Of a stretch of 64,000 nucleotides of DNA, positions 10,269 to 19,452 are shown piece after piece; the first letter of the stretch is position 1, and every line of letters begins with the position of its first letter. The notes under the pieces are model-generated. The model had not been told where the DNA came from and ran no database searches. It worked only from the letters and a program-made list of their open reading frames with translations. Location of the stretch: positions 416,001-480,000 of the forward strand of contig OZ245777.1 of assembly GCA_965227775.1 (NCBI GenBank). The letters are read 5' to 3'. Both the position numbers and the translations under genes were made by a program. This DNA is from Phycisphaerales bacterium (GTDB taxonomy: Bacteria > Planctomycetota > Phycisphaerae > Phycisphaerales > UBA1924).

Positions 10269-12608
10269 GTGCTACCCAACCTCCGTTCGGCCCCCACTGC
10301 CCTGGCCGCCGCCGCGATGCTCGCCTGTGCGGGCTCGGCCCATGCCACGTGGTCCATCCTGCTGGTCGACACGCGGACGGGCGAGATCGCCCTGGGCAGC
10401 GCGACGTGCCTGACGGGCTTCGACCTGCGGGCCAACACGCCGGTGATCATCACGGGCGTTGGCGCGGCGACGGCGCAGAGCTTCGTCGATAGCTCGGGCC
10501 GCAACCGGGTCCGCATCCGCGATGGGCTGGCGCAGGGCTTGACGCCGGCGGAGATCTTCGATGACTTGTCGACGTTTGACCCCGGGCACCAGACACGCCA
10601 GTACGGCATCGTCGACGTCACCGGCGGCACGGGCACGTTCTCTGGCACCGGCGCCGGCGTATGGGCCGGCGGGCTGACCGGCGAGCTCACGGGCATGGAC
10701 GACGGCATCTTCTACGCCGTGCAGGGCAACCTGCTGACCGGGCCCGCGGTCGTGAGCGACGCGGTCGACGCGATCATCTCAACGCCGGGCGACCTTGCCG
10801 AGAAGCTGATGGCCGGCATGGAAGCGGCGCAGGCCATCGGCGGCGATGCGCGGTGCTCGTGCTCGCCGCTGCCGATCCCCTGCGGCACGCCGCCGGCCGG
10901 GTTCCTCAAGAGCGCCGACATCGGCTACATGATGATCGCGCGCACGGGCGACACCGACGCGTGCAATGGCATCTACCAGCTCACGACCTCAACGCGTGAT
11001 ATCGAGATCGCCGACGTGGACGGCGACGGTGCGGCAGACGCGGTGGTCGCAGACGGCGCCGGCAATCGCCTATCGACGCTGGCCAATGCCGGACCCGAAG
11101 TGCTTGGCGCGATGCCCGTGTTGCTGGACCCAACGATCGACACCCGCTTCGGGCGCGTGGCGGACTTCCTCATCATCGATGCGACCGGTGATGGCATTCT
11201 CGACATCGTGGCGTACGACGAAACAGCCGATGCGATTGCCATTGCCGCTGGTGATGGCGTGGGCGGATTCGCCGACCCCGTGCGTACGGGCATCGCGGTT
11301 GAGGCCGGCGCGTTGCTGGCGATCGACGTTGACGCCGACGGCGGGCCGACCGACCTGTTCGTCGGCGCCGAGAGCGGCGGCCGGGCCTTGCTCCTTCGCA
11401 ACGACGGCTCGGGTAGCTTCTCGATCGAGGAGTTTGCCTTTGCTGGTGGACCCCAGCAATGGGCCGTCGGAGATTTCAACGGCGACGACCTCGACGATGT
11501 GGCGTACACCACGAGCGGTGGGCTGGTTGCAGCCGTGCTCAACGACGGCGTCGGCTCGCTGGCTCTCGGACCAATCGGCGCCAGCGCGCTCGACGGCACG
11601 GTGCTGCAAGCCGCCGACATGGACGGCGACGGTGACGATGACCTTGTGGGTGTCAGTCGCTCGGGTCGGGTGGTCGGCGTCGTCTCGCTCGACGGCGGAA
11701 CGTTCACGCAGGCAACGGCCGACCTGCCGCGTTCGCCGAATTGGGCCGCGGTTGGCAGCGTGACGAGCCCGGATACGAACGAGGTGGTCGTGGGCGTGAG
11801 CGATCTGTCTGCAGATCTCTTGACGTATCGCCTGAACGGCGGATCGCTGGAGCTCGTCGACAGCACCGGCACGGCGCTCATCCCGCGGAACTTCGTGCTG
11901 GCCGACCTCACGGGCGACGGCTTCGACGAGCTCGTCGGGACCACGGGGAGCAACCTCAGCGTCATTGGAAATCAGGGTGGGACGTTCACGCCCGGCCCGG
12001 GCTGCGGCGCTGGCGAGTACTTCATGAACTTCAACATCGCCAACTCGAGCCGGAGCGATCCCGACCCGGTGTTCCAGCTTCGCGACTTGTTCGACGATTG
12101 GCGGAGCGACCTGGTTGGGCTGGCCGACGCCGTGCAGAGCGAGGCGGAGCTCGACCCGCCGCTGATCGCGGCGGGCGAGATGGCCACGCTGCGCATCGAG
12201 CTGCGCGACTGGCGGGGTGATGCCGCGAACATGAGCATGGTGGTGCCGCAGGTGATCATCGGCGGGCCACCCACGATCAGCCTCGGCACGCCCGTCCCGC
12301 TGGGCGGCGGCGTGTGGGAGGTCGACCTGACGGCATCATCGAGCAGCGCCGCGGGCATGGCCGACGTGTCGATCACGATCGCCGACGCGGGCACGCGGCC
12401 CGTGACGCTGATGCCACCGCCAACGCTCGAGGTCACCGGCGGCTGCTACGCCGACTTCGACGGCGACGGCGTGCTGACGATCTTCGACTTCCTCGCGTTC
12501 CAGAACGCGTTCCAAGACGCCGATCCGATCGCGGATTGCGACGGGTCGGGAGCGCTGGACATCTTTGACTTCTTGTGCTTCCAGAATGGGTTTGATGCTG
12601 GGTGTTGA
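10269..12608 (+). CDS. Exported DUF1028 (Ntn-hydrolase-like) protein with FG-GAP repeats, Ig-like domain and GC-type dockerin
   Basis: RBS AGGAG plus GTG; AHA|TWSILLVD; RQYGIVD; AVQGNLL; GGDARC; repeated DxDGDGxxD; ends FDAGC. Confidence 0.85.
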   Translation: MLPNLRSAPTALAAAAMLACAGSAHATWSILLVDTRTGEIALGSATCLTGFDLRANTPVIITGVGAATAQSFVDSSGRNRVRIRDGLAQGLTPAEIFDDLSTFDPGHQTRQYGIVDVTGGTGTFSGTGAGVWAGGLTGELTGMDDGIFYAVQGNLLTGPAVVSDAVDAIISTPGDLAEKLMAGMEAAQAIGGDARCSCSPLPIPCGTPPAGFLKSADIGYMMIARTGDTDACNGIYQLTTSTRDIEIADVDGDGAADAVVADGAGNRLSTLANAGPEVLGAMPVLLDPTIDTRFGRVADFLIIDATGDGILDIVAYDETADAIAIAAGDGVGGFADPVRTGIAVEAGALLAIDVDADGGPTDLFVGAESGGRALLLRNDGSGSFSIEEFAFAGGPQQWAVGDFNGDDLDDVAYTTSGGLVAAVLNDGVGSLALGPIGASALDGTVLQAADMDGDGDDDLVGVSRSGRVVGVVSLDGGTFTQATADLPRSPNWAAVGSVTSPDTNEVVVGVSDLSADLLTYRLNGGSLELVDSTGTALIPRNFVLADLTGDGFDELVGTTGSNLSVIGNQGGTFTPGPGCGAGEYFMNFNIANSSRSDPDPVFQLRDLFDDWRSDLVGLADAVQSEAELDPPLIAAGEMATLRIELRDWRGDAANMSMVVPQVIIGGPPTISLGTPVPLGGGVWEVDLTASSSSAAGMADVSITIADAGTRPVTLMPPPTLEVTGGCYADFDGDGVLTIFDFLAFQNAFQDADPIADCDGSGALDIFDFLCFQNGFDAGC

Positions 12609-12615
12609 CACGCGA

Positions 12616-13080
12616 CTAACTGGATTCGTCGTTCGCGTACCTGACCAACCCGCATAGCTCGGGGACGAAGCGTTCGAGAGCGGCTGGCTCGACCGTGAGC
12701 ACGGTCTTGCACTCCCACTCGTAGCCACCCATTGACACCGACAACTCAAAGGGCTCCAGGGCTCCGGGCATCGCCACACGCAGTTGAAGTTGCGAACAGC
12801 AACTGCTCCAGCTGCGTTCGCCACGTTGCTGGCGATACGAGTCCACCACGCCGAGCATGAAGTTGACCAGCGGCCCGAAGCCACCGGCTTCGCATCCCGG
12901 CTCATTGAGCTCGCTATCGAGAACAGCGAAGGACGCATCGGAGCCGTTGAACTCGAACCGCCAACGCAGCTCATCGTGCGCCGGCAATCGATCGATGATC
13001 TGGAACGTCAGTATGCCACGGCCGCATTCAAGTGACGCTTTATCGAACATCACATCACTCCGATGGGACCGAGCCTGCAT
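12616..13080 (-). CDS. Hypothetical protein
   Basis: ORF fills the gap downstream of the thiolase; no recognisable motif; start may be 13050. Confidence 0.45.
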   Translation of the reverse strand: MQARSHRSDVMFDKASLECGRGILTFQIIDRLPAHDELRWRFEFNGSDASFAVLDSELNEPGCEAGGFGPLVNFMLGVVDSYRQQRGERSWSSCCSQLQLRVAMPGALEPFELSVSMGGYEWECKTVLTVEPAALERFVPELCGLVRYANDESS

Positions 13081-13107
13081 CAGCCCCGCCCCATCAGGCC
13101 GAACTCC

Positions 13108-14307
13108 TCACACTGCCTCCACCACCATCGCCACGCTGTTGCCGCCGCCCAGGCACAGGCCGGCCAGGCCGCGCTTGGCGCCGGTGCGCTTCATCTGATA
13201 GAGCAGGGTGGTCAGCACGCGGGTGCCGCTGGCGCCGATGGGGTGGCCCAGCGCGATGCCGCCGCCGGCGACGTTCAGCTTGTCCTCGGGAATGCCGAGC
13301 TCCTTGATGTTGCACAGCACCTGGGCGGCGAAGGCCTCGTTGACCTCGAACAGATCGATGTCGTCGATGCCAAGGCCCGCCTTCTCGAGCACGCCCTGCA
13401 CGCCGGTGATCGGGGCGGCGAAGATGTCCTTGGGCGCTACACCACTCGTGGCATAGGCGATCACCTTGGCCATGGGCGCGATACCGAGTTCGTCGGCCTT
13501 GCTCCCGCTCATGACGATCGTGGCGGCGGCGCCGTCGTTGATCTGGCTCGCGTTGCCGGCGGTGACGGTGCCGGCCTTGTCGAACGCGGGGCGCAGCTTC
13601 GCGAGGCCCTCGGCGGTGCTGCCGGGGCGGATGCCCTCGTCGGTGCTGCAGCCGCCCTCGGGGCCGGGCACCTTGCGGTTGCCGACCTGCTCGCCCGTGA
13701 GCGCGACCATCTCGTCCTTGAACCAGCCCTCGCTCGTTGCCTTCTCGGCGCGCTGATGGCTCTGGGCGGCGAAGCGGTCCTGCTCCTCGCGGCTGATGCC
13801 ATACTTCTCGGCGATGTGGTCGGCGGCGTTGCCCATCATCCAGCGCTCGAAGGCGCAGGTCAGGCCGTCGTGGGCCATGACGTCGGTAAGGTTGGTGTTG
13901 CCGAACTTCACGCCCTGCCGCACATGGGCGAAGTGCGGCGCGCCGGTCATGTTCTCCATGCCGCCCGCGACGACGACGTCGTTGTCGCCCGCCTTGATCG
14001 ACTGGGCGGCCATCATGACGGCCTCGAGGCCCGAGCCGCAGACCTTGTTGATGGTCTTGGCGCTCAGCGTGTCGGGCAGGCCGGCCTTGAGACCAGCCTG
14101 ACGCGCCGGGTTCTGGCCCAGGCCTGCCTGCAGCACGCAGCCCATAACGCACTCGTCGACCATCTCGGGCTTGAGCGCGGGCACGTCCGCCATGGCGGCC
14201 TCGATCGCGTAGGCGCCAAGTTGCGGCGCGGGCGTGTTGGCCAGGCTGCCGAAGAACTTGCCGATGGGGGTGCGCTTGGCGGCGACGATCACGGGCTGGT
14301 TGGACAT
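13108..14307 (-). CDS. Acetyl-CoA C-acetyltransferase (thiolase)
   Basis: INKVCGSG, TAGNASQINDGAA, NEAFA, GHPIGASG, CLGGG motifs. Confidence 0.97.
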   Translation of the reverse strand: MSNQPVIVAAKRTPIGKFFGSLANTPAPQLGAYAIEAAMADVPALKPEMVDECVMGCVLQAGLGQNPARQAGLKAGLPDTLSAKTINKVCGSGLEAVMMAAQSIKAGDNDVVVAGGMENMTGAPHFAHVRQGVKFGNTNLTDVMAHDGLTCAFERWMMGNAADHIAEKYGISREEQDRFAAQSHQRAEKATSEGWFKDEMVALTGEQVGNRKVPGPEGGCSTDEGIRPGSTAEGLAKLRPAFDKAGTVTAGNASQINDGAAATIVMSGSKADELGIAPMAKVIAYATSGVAPKDIFAAPITGVQGVLEKAGLGIDDIDLFEVNEAFAAQVLCNIKELGIPEDKLNVAGGGIALGHPIGASGTRVLTTLLYQMKRTGAKRGLAGLCLGGGNSVAMVVEAV

Positions 14308-14427
14308 GTGCGGTGGTCTCCTAAATGGGCACGGGGGCCGCTAGGCCGGGGTGTCCGGGTGGGTTTCTCGGTGGCGAACGAGATTCTAGAAGCCACGAGA
14401 GATGGTGTCTGGAACACCTCAGGGAAG

Positions 14428-14480
14428 CGAGCATGCCAGCCACCGGCTCTCTCGTGTCACGCCGGCGGCTGGCTTGCTCG
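14428..14480. repeat. Intergenic inverted repeat with 20-bp arms
   Basis: CGAGCATGCCAGCCACCGGC / GCCGGCGGCTGGCTTGCTCG, 2 mismatches, 13-nt loop. Confidence 0.6.
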
Positions 14481-14524
14481 GATCTCAGGGGTGGTGTGGT
14501 CGGGCGGGGTCGTGGTCCTTCGTC

Positions 14525-15103
14525 TCACGCGGCGGGCTTCTTGACCTGCCGCTTGTCCTCGCGGCTCATCTTCTTCCACTCGCGATCGGCCTGCTCAACC
14601 AGATCGTCATGGTCGCCCTTCTGCCAGTCGGTGCGCGTGTTGGCGAACAGGCCGTCGTAGAACAGGAACAACCGGTCGTTCTTGACGATGAAATTCCTGG
14701 GGTCGGGCTCGGTCGTTCCGCCGCTGACCATGGCCCAGCTGCACCAGCCGCCGTGTGCCGGCTCGTAGCGACCGGGCGCCTTCTTGAACAATTCCAGGTT
14801 GGCCTGGCTCTTGAAGCGGTAGGTCACACCCTTGTAGGTGTGCTCGAATCGCTTGGAGCCCTTCTTGGCCTTGCCGCCGCCCTCGGGGAAGTAGGCGACC
14901 GGGTCGTAGCCGCTGATGGCCAGCTTGGTGCGCTTGGGCAGGTTCCAGGCCGAGGTGTTCCGAACGGGCTCGGCCTTCTTCGTTGGCTCGACGGCTTGCG
15001 TTGACTGCTGCGGGCTCGCGGCCCAGACGGGTGCGTTCATGGCGACGGTGGCGGCTGCCAGGGCGACCAACACGCGTGCTTGCTTCGTGACGTTGCGGTT
15101 CAT
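14525..15103 (-). CDS. Exported YHS-domain (seleno)protein family member, Cys form
   Basis: Signal peptide; AISGYDPVAYF, YRF...F...PGRYEPAHGGWCSWAM, DP..F.V...RLFLFY. Confidence 0.85.
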   Translation of the reverse strand: MNRNVTKQARVLVALAAATVAMNAPVWAASPQQSTQAVEPTKKAEPVRNTSAWNLPKRTKLAISGYDPVAYFPEGGGKAKKGSKRFEHTYKGVTYRFKSQANLELFKKAPGRYEPAHGGWCSWAMVSGGTTEPDPRNFIVKNDRLFLFYDGLFANTRTDWQKGDHDDLVEQADREWKKMSREDKRQVKKPAA

Positions 15104-15176
15104 GACGGGCTCCTCTCGGTGTTCCTGCGTGCGGCGTGGGTGGTTTTCCAAGGGACCCTTGCCGTGCGCGCTTTGT

Positions 15177-15190
15177 TTAGTGTTCACTAA
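15177..15190. promoter_or_regulatory. AT-rich dyad, putative repressor operator
   Basis: TTAGTG-TT-CACTAA flanked by TTG/CAA, between divergent genes. Confidence 0.45.
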
Positions 15191-15262
15191 CAACGAGAGG
15201 GCAAAGCACCCCCGCCGTCGGCCTCTTCCCAAATCCAGAAAAAAAGTCCGCTAGACTCGCGG

Positions 15263-15994
15263 ATGAGGACCCTTGCCTGCCTGCTTCTTGCCGTTTCTCC
15301 CGCTTTTGCACAGTGCCCCGACTACCGCCTCGACGATGGCTCGGGCGGGTTCACGATCGGGCCCAGCGAGTTCGATGCCGTCGTCACCTGGGGGAACTAC
15401 TTCACTGCCGACTCGGGCTGCCCATGGCTTCGCGAGGTCAACGTGTCGTTCCCGGGCAGCTTGCCCGAGGGCACACCCATCACCGTCATCGTGTACGCGG
15501 ACCCCGATGGAGACGGCGATCCCACGAATGCCACCGTGCTCTCGGCTGCATCGCACGAATCAGAACCAACGAGCACGAGCACGTTCGCGACGTATCCAAT
15601 CCGCCCGACGAACGTCGGTGATGTTGGTTTCTTCGTGGCAATCGCCGCGTTCGTGCCGCAGCGGCAGTCCGTAGCGCGAATGGATCAGGACACGCTCGGC
15701 GTGGACTCGTGGCTGTTCTACGACGGCGAGTTGCTCATCGATCCGGGCGCGGCGCCGTTCATCCTCCGCATGAGCGACAGCCCGTTCAACGGCACGTGGA
15801 TGGTCCGAGCCGTCGCCGAAGCCGGAGGATGCGAGGTCGATCTCGATGGCGACGGGTTTGCGACAACCTTCGACTTCCTGGCCTTCCAGAACGCGTTCGC
15901 TGCGGGCGACTTGTTGGCGGACTTTGACGGCGATCTCCGGCTAACGCTCTTTGACTTTCTGGCGTTCCAATCGGCATTCGACTCCGGCTGCTGA
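15263..15994 (+). CDS. Exported protein with C-terminal GC-type dockerin domain
   Basis: Signal AFA|Q; YRLDDGS...WMVRA beta domain; CEVDLDGDG...FDFLAFQ twice; ends FDSGC. Confidence 0.85.
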   Translation: MRTLACLLLAVSPAFAQCPDYRLDDGSGGFTIGPSEFDAVVTWGNYFTADSGCPWLREVNVSFPGSLPEGTPITVIVYADPDGDGDPTNATVLSAASHESEPTSTSTFATYPIRPTNVGDVGFFVAIAAFVPQRQSVARMDQDTLGVDSWLFYDGELLIDPGAAPFILRMSDSPFNGTWMVRAVAEAGGCEVDLDGDGFATTFDFLAFQNAFAAGDLLADFDGDLRLTLFDFLAFQSAFDSGC

Positions 15995-16157
15995 GCATTA
16001 TCGGACATCATTTGCAGTAAGTCTGCCGCTGGTAGCGTTTCCTCCGTGTGACCTGGTACGGCTGGCTGCGCTCTGGTCTTGAGCGCGACCAACCATTCGG
16101 GTATATTGGAGTTCCCTCGCCCTGCGAGGGGCACCGAGAGACGAGAGGGACGCTGCG

Positions 16158-18080
16158 ATGAACACGAACATGGTGAAGACTGCGGCCGGCCTGGCGCTTG
16201 TCGCGGGCCTCTGCATGCCGGCCTTGGCCCAGGACGACCCCGCCGACCCGACAGGCCCGGTGGTGGAGCCTCGTCCCGAAACGCCCGACCGTCGCAGTTC
16301 GCTCGTGCAGCGGGCATACGTCACGCGATTTATGCCCGTGTTGCCGCTGGGCGACCCCAACGCGCCGGGCGTGGATAACCCGGCGACGTTCCCCGACGAA
16401 TTCCGCACCATCAACGGCCGTTTCAATAACCCCGTGGTGCCCTGGCTCGGCTCGACGGGCCAGACCTTCCTGCGTCGGACCCCGGCCGCGTACGGCGATG
16501 GAGCCGGGCGCATCCCGGCTCGCGCCGATGGCAGCAGCCCTCGCGCGATCAGCCAAGTGATCGCCGATCAGGGAGGCGAGGACATGCCCAGCAACGTGGG
16601 CAACTCGAACATGTTCTGGTTGTGGGGACAGTTCCTCGACCACGACATGGACGAGACGCCCATCGCGGTGCCCCTGGAGCGGTTCGACATCGTGGTGCCG
16701 ACCGGCGATCCGTGGTTCGACCCCGATCACACCGGGCTGCAGACGATCGAGCTCGACCGATCGGGATACCAGCTGGGCGCCGGCCCACGCGAGCAGATCA
16801 ATGCCATCACCGCGTTCATCGATGCCTCAAACGTGTACGGATCGGACCAGGAGCGCGCTAACGAGCTGCGCACCTTGGACGGCACGGGTCGCCTCAAGAC
16901 GAGTGACGGCGACCTCTTGCCCTACAACGTCAACCGCTTCCCCAACGCGCCGACGCACCTGGACCCAACGATGTTCCTCGCCGGTGACGTGCGTGCGAAT
17001 GAGCAGATCTCGCTGATTGCGATCCACACGCTGTTCGTCCGCGAGCACAACTACTGGGCCGACCAGATCCGCGCCGCCAACCCGTCGTTCACAGGCGACG
17101 AGGTGTACGAGCACGCCCGCGCCATCATCGGTGGCATCATGCAGGCCATCACGTACAACGAATTCTTGCCGCTGCTACTCGGGAACGATGCGATCCCGGC
17201 GTACACGGGTTACGACCCCGATGTCGACCCACGCATCTCGAACGTGTTCGCGACGGCGGCGTTCCGCATGGGCCACTCCATGCTGCCGACGTTCCTGCAT
17301 CGCATGGACAGCGACGGCAGCGAGGCCGACGAGGGCCACCTGTCCCTGGCCGAGGCGTTCTTCCAGCCCGCTCACATCGGCACCTACGGCATCGACAGCG
17401 TGATTCGCGGTGTTTCGATGAAGCGGGCCCAGCAGCTCGATGGGCTGATCATCTCCGACGTGCGCAACTTCCTGTTCGGCATCCCGGGCGACGGCGGATT
17501 CGACCTTGCTTCATTGAACATCCAACGCGGGCGCGACCACGGGCTTCCCGACTACAACACGGTTCGCGAGGCCTTTGGCCTGCCGCGCGTGTCGGACTTC
17601 ATCGGCGTAACCAGCAACGACGAGATGCAGGCCAAGCTGGCATCGGTCTATGCGGACTGCGATCAGATCGACCCTTGGGTCGGCTTCCTTGTGGAAGACA
17701 CCGTGCCCGGCGCGATGGTGGGTGAGACGCTGCAAGTTGTGCTTGCCGACCAGTTCATCCGTCTGCGCGACGGCGACCGGTTCTGGTACGAGGCCTACCT
17801 GCCCGCTGACCTTGTCGATACGGTCAATCAGCAGTCGCTCTCGACGATCATCCGTCGCCACACGAGCATCGGCGATGAGATCCTCGACAACGCGTTCATG
17901 GCGCCGCCGACGTGCCTGGCCGACCTCGACGACGACGGGGCGCTGACGATCTTCGACTTCCTGGCGTTCCAGACGCTGTTCACCGCGGGCGACCTCAAGG
18001 CCGATTTCAATGGTGACGGCGCGCTGGACATCTTCGACTTCCTGGTGTTCCAGAACGCCTTCGACGCCGGCTGCGATTGA
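16158..18080 (+). CDS. Animal-type (peroxidase-cyclooxygenase superfamily) heme peroxidase with GC-type dockerin
   Basis: RTINGRFNN, WGQFLDHD, TAFIDASNVYG, GDVRANE, REHN, AFRMGHS, NIQRGRDHG; signal peptide; ends FDAGCD. Confidence 0.93.
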   Translation: MNTNMVKTAAGLALVAGLCMPALAQDDPADPTGPVVEPRPETPDRRSSLVQRAYVTRFMPVLPLGDPNAPGVDNPATFPDEFRTINGRFNNPVVPWLGSTGQTFLRRTPAAYGDGAGRIPARADGSSPRAISQVIADQGGEDMPSNVGNSNMFWLWGQFLDHDMDETPIAVPLERFDIVVPTGDPWFDPDHTGLQTIELDRSGYQLGAGPREQINAITAFIDASNVYGSDQERANELRTLDGTGRLKTSDGDLLPYNVNRFPNAPTHLDPTMFLAGDVRANEQISLIAIHTLFVREHNYWADQIRAANPSFTGDEVYEHARAIIGGIMQAITYNEFLPLLLGNDAIPAYTGYDPDVDPRISNVFATAAFRMGHSMLPTFLHRMDSDGSEADEGHLSLAEAFFQPAHIGTYGIDSVIRGVSMKRAQQLDGLIISDVRNFLFGIPGDGGFDLASLNIQRGRDHGLPDYNTVREAFGLPRVSDFIGVTSNDEMQAKLASVYADCDQIDPWVGFLVEDTVPGAMVGETLQVVLADQFIRLRDGDRFWYEAYLPADLVDTVNQQSLSTIIRRHTSIGDEILDNAFMAPPTCLADLDDDGALTIFDFLAFQTLFTAGDLKADFNGDGALDIFDFLVFQNAFDAGCD

Positions 18081-18093
18081 TCGGAATTTGGAT

Positions 18094-19407
18094 TCAGCTG
18101 CCCTGGTTGCTCGGCCCCGCGGCCTCGCCGGCGCCCAACTCGAGGGCGCGGTCGAGCAACTCCTGCTCTGCCTTTCGATAGCGTGAGAAGCTCGACATGA
18201 GCTGCTCATTCAGCTCTTCGATGGCACGCTGGCGGCCTGGCACATCGACCGGCCCGCGCTCGTCGGTGCTCAGCGAGATGAGGCTCTCGCTTGCGGCGCG
18301 CAGGTCGCTCGCGGCCTGCGCAAACGAACGCGTTGCATCGTAGATCAGCTCGCCCTCGAGCTCGCGGGTGGTCGGCCTCTGAAGCAATCGCCACGGGCTT
18401 CGCCGGACTTCGAGCATCGTGAGCTTTGCCTGGTCGGTGGCCAGGCGCAGGTTTGCGAGTGATCGCCGAATGCCGGGCGTTTCGGACTCGAACAGTGCAG
18501 CGGCGTCGGCAGCGAGGGCGGCTCCGTCTTCGCTCGCGAGCCGGGCATTCTCCACGGTGTCGATCGCGGACGGCAGCAGTTCCTCATTAGTGCGCTCGGT
18601 GATGGCGGCGAGGTCTGCGATAACGCGATCGATGTTGGGCCGGTTGTCGTCGATCGTGTCGCGGACACTCTGGATCACTTCGCCCAGCTCGACTGAGCGC
18701 TCGTCAAGCCTCGTTGCCAGGCCGGTCCACACATCGACACTCTCGCGGACCTCGGTGAGCGCGCCCTCGACCTGATCTCCCAATCCCGGCAAGCGCTCGC
18801 GCAGGTCGCCCGTGATCGATCGTGCATCTTGCAGCGCGAGGTTGAGCTCATCGATCGCGACGCCGACCTCAGGCTCGACATCGGTCAGGATGCGGCTGAC
18901 CCGTTCGCTGGCCTCGGCGAGCGATGCGATCGACCGGCGGATGTTCTCCATGTCTTCGTCGTTCAGGCCTGTCTGAGCGAGCAACCCGGGCGAGGGCCTG
19001 CCCGGCACGCGACCGCCCTCGGAAAGTCGCGGCCCCACGCCAACGCTAATGAAGTTGACCACAGTGCCCGTGCCCAGCAGGGGCACCTCCAGGCGGACAA
19101 CGGCGTCTTCGTGCAGGAGCAGGTCATCGTCGACCTCGATCTCGACGTCGAGCGCGTCAATGGCGCCGGCGTCGTCGGCCAGTTCGATCTTCGAAACGCT
19201 GCCGACCCGCATGCCGCCCACGCGCACCTCGGCGCCCGGGGTGAGCAAGCCCGCGTTGTGCGAGAGCTCAAATCGGACGACGTAGGACTTGGTGGGCTCG
19301 AGTGCGGCAGTAAGATCGCTCAGGATCGCCGTCACAAGCACGGCCAGCGCCACTGCTGCGATGAAGAAGGCGCCCACGATGGCGTTTCGTCCACGGGCCG
19401 GCGGCAT
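18094..19407 (-). CDS. mlaD: MlaD/MCE family protein with long helical extension
   Basis: N-terminal TM (IVGAFFI), LTPGAEVRVGGMRVGSV, PLLG, coiled region, RRSPWRLL. Confidence 0.85.
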   Translation of the reverse strand: MPPARGRNAIVGAFFIAAVALAVLVTAILSDLTAALEPTKSYVVRFELSHNAGLLTPGAEVRVGGMRVGSVSKIELADDAGAIDALDVEIEVDDDLLLHEDAVVRLEVPLLGTGTVVNFISVGVGPRLSEGGRVPGRPSPGLLAQTGLNDEDMENIRRSIASLAEASERVSRILTDVEPEVGVAIDELNLALQDARSITGDLRERLPGLGDQVEGALTEVRESVDVWTGLATRLDERSVELGEVIQSVRDTIDDNRPNIDRVIADLAAITERTNEELLPSAIDTVENARLASEDGAALAADAAALFESETPGIRRSLANLRLATDQAKLTMLEVRRSPWRLLQRPTTRELEGELIYDATRSFAQAASDLRAASESLISLSTDERGPVDVPGRQRAIEELNEQLMSSFSRYRKAEQELLDRALELGAGEAAGPSNQGS

Positions 19408-19452
19408 GTCGGGTGCGCTCCCTTCGGTCGTGCGTGTCTTGGGCTCGGATGC

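Noticed and set aside
14525..15103. Selenocysteine recoding in the YHS-family protein
   Set aside because: The relevant position is a Cys codon (GGWCSW) and there is no in-frame TGA.
8039..18080. Recurring DNA motif ttcgacttcctggcgttccag as a CRISPR or mobile repeat
   Set aside because: The copies are dispersed, in frame and encode the dockerin FDFLAFQ motif. There is no regular spacer structure and no cas gene.
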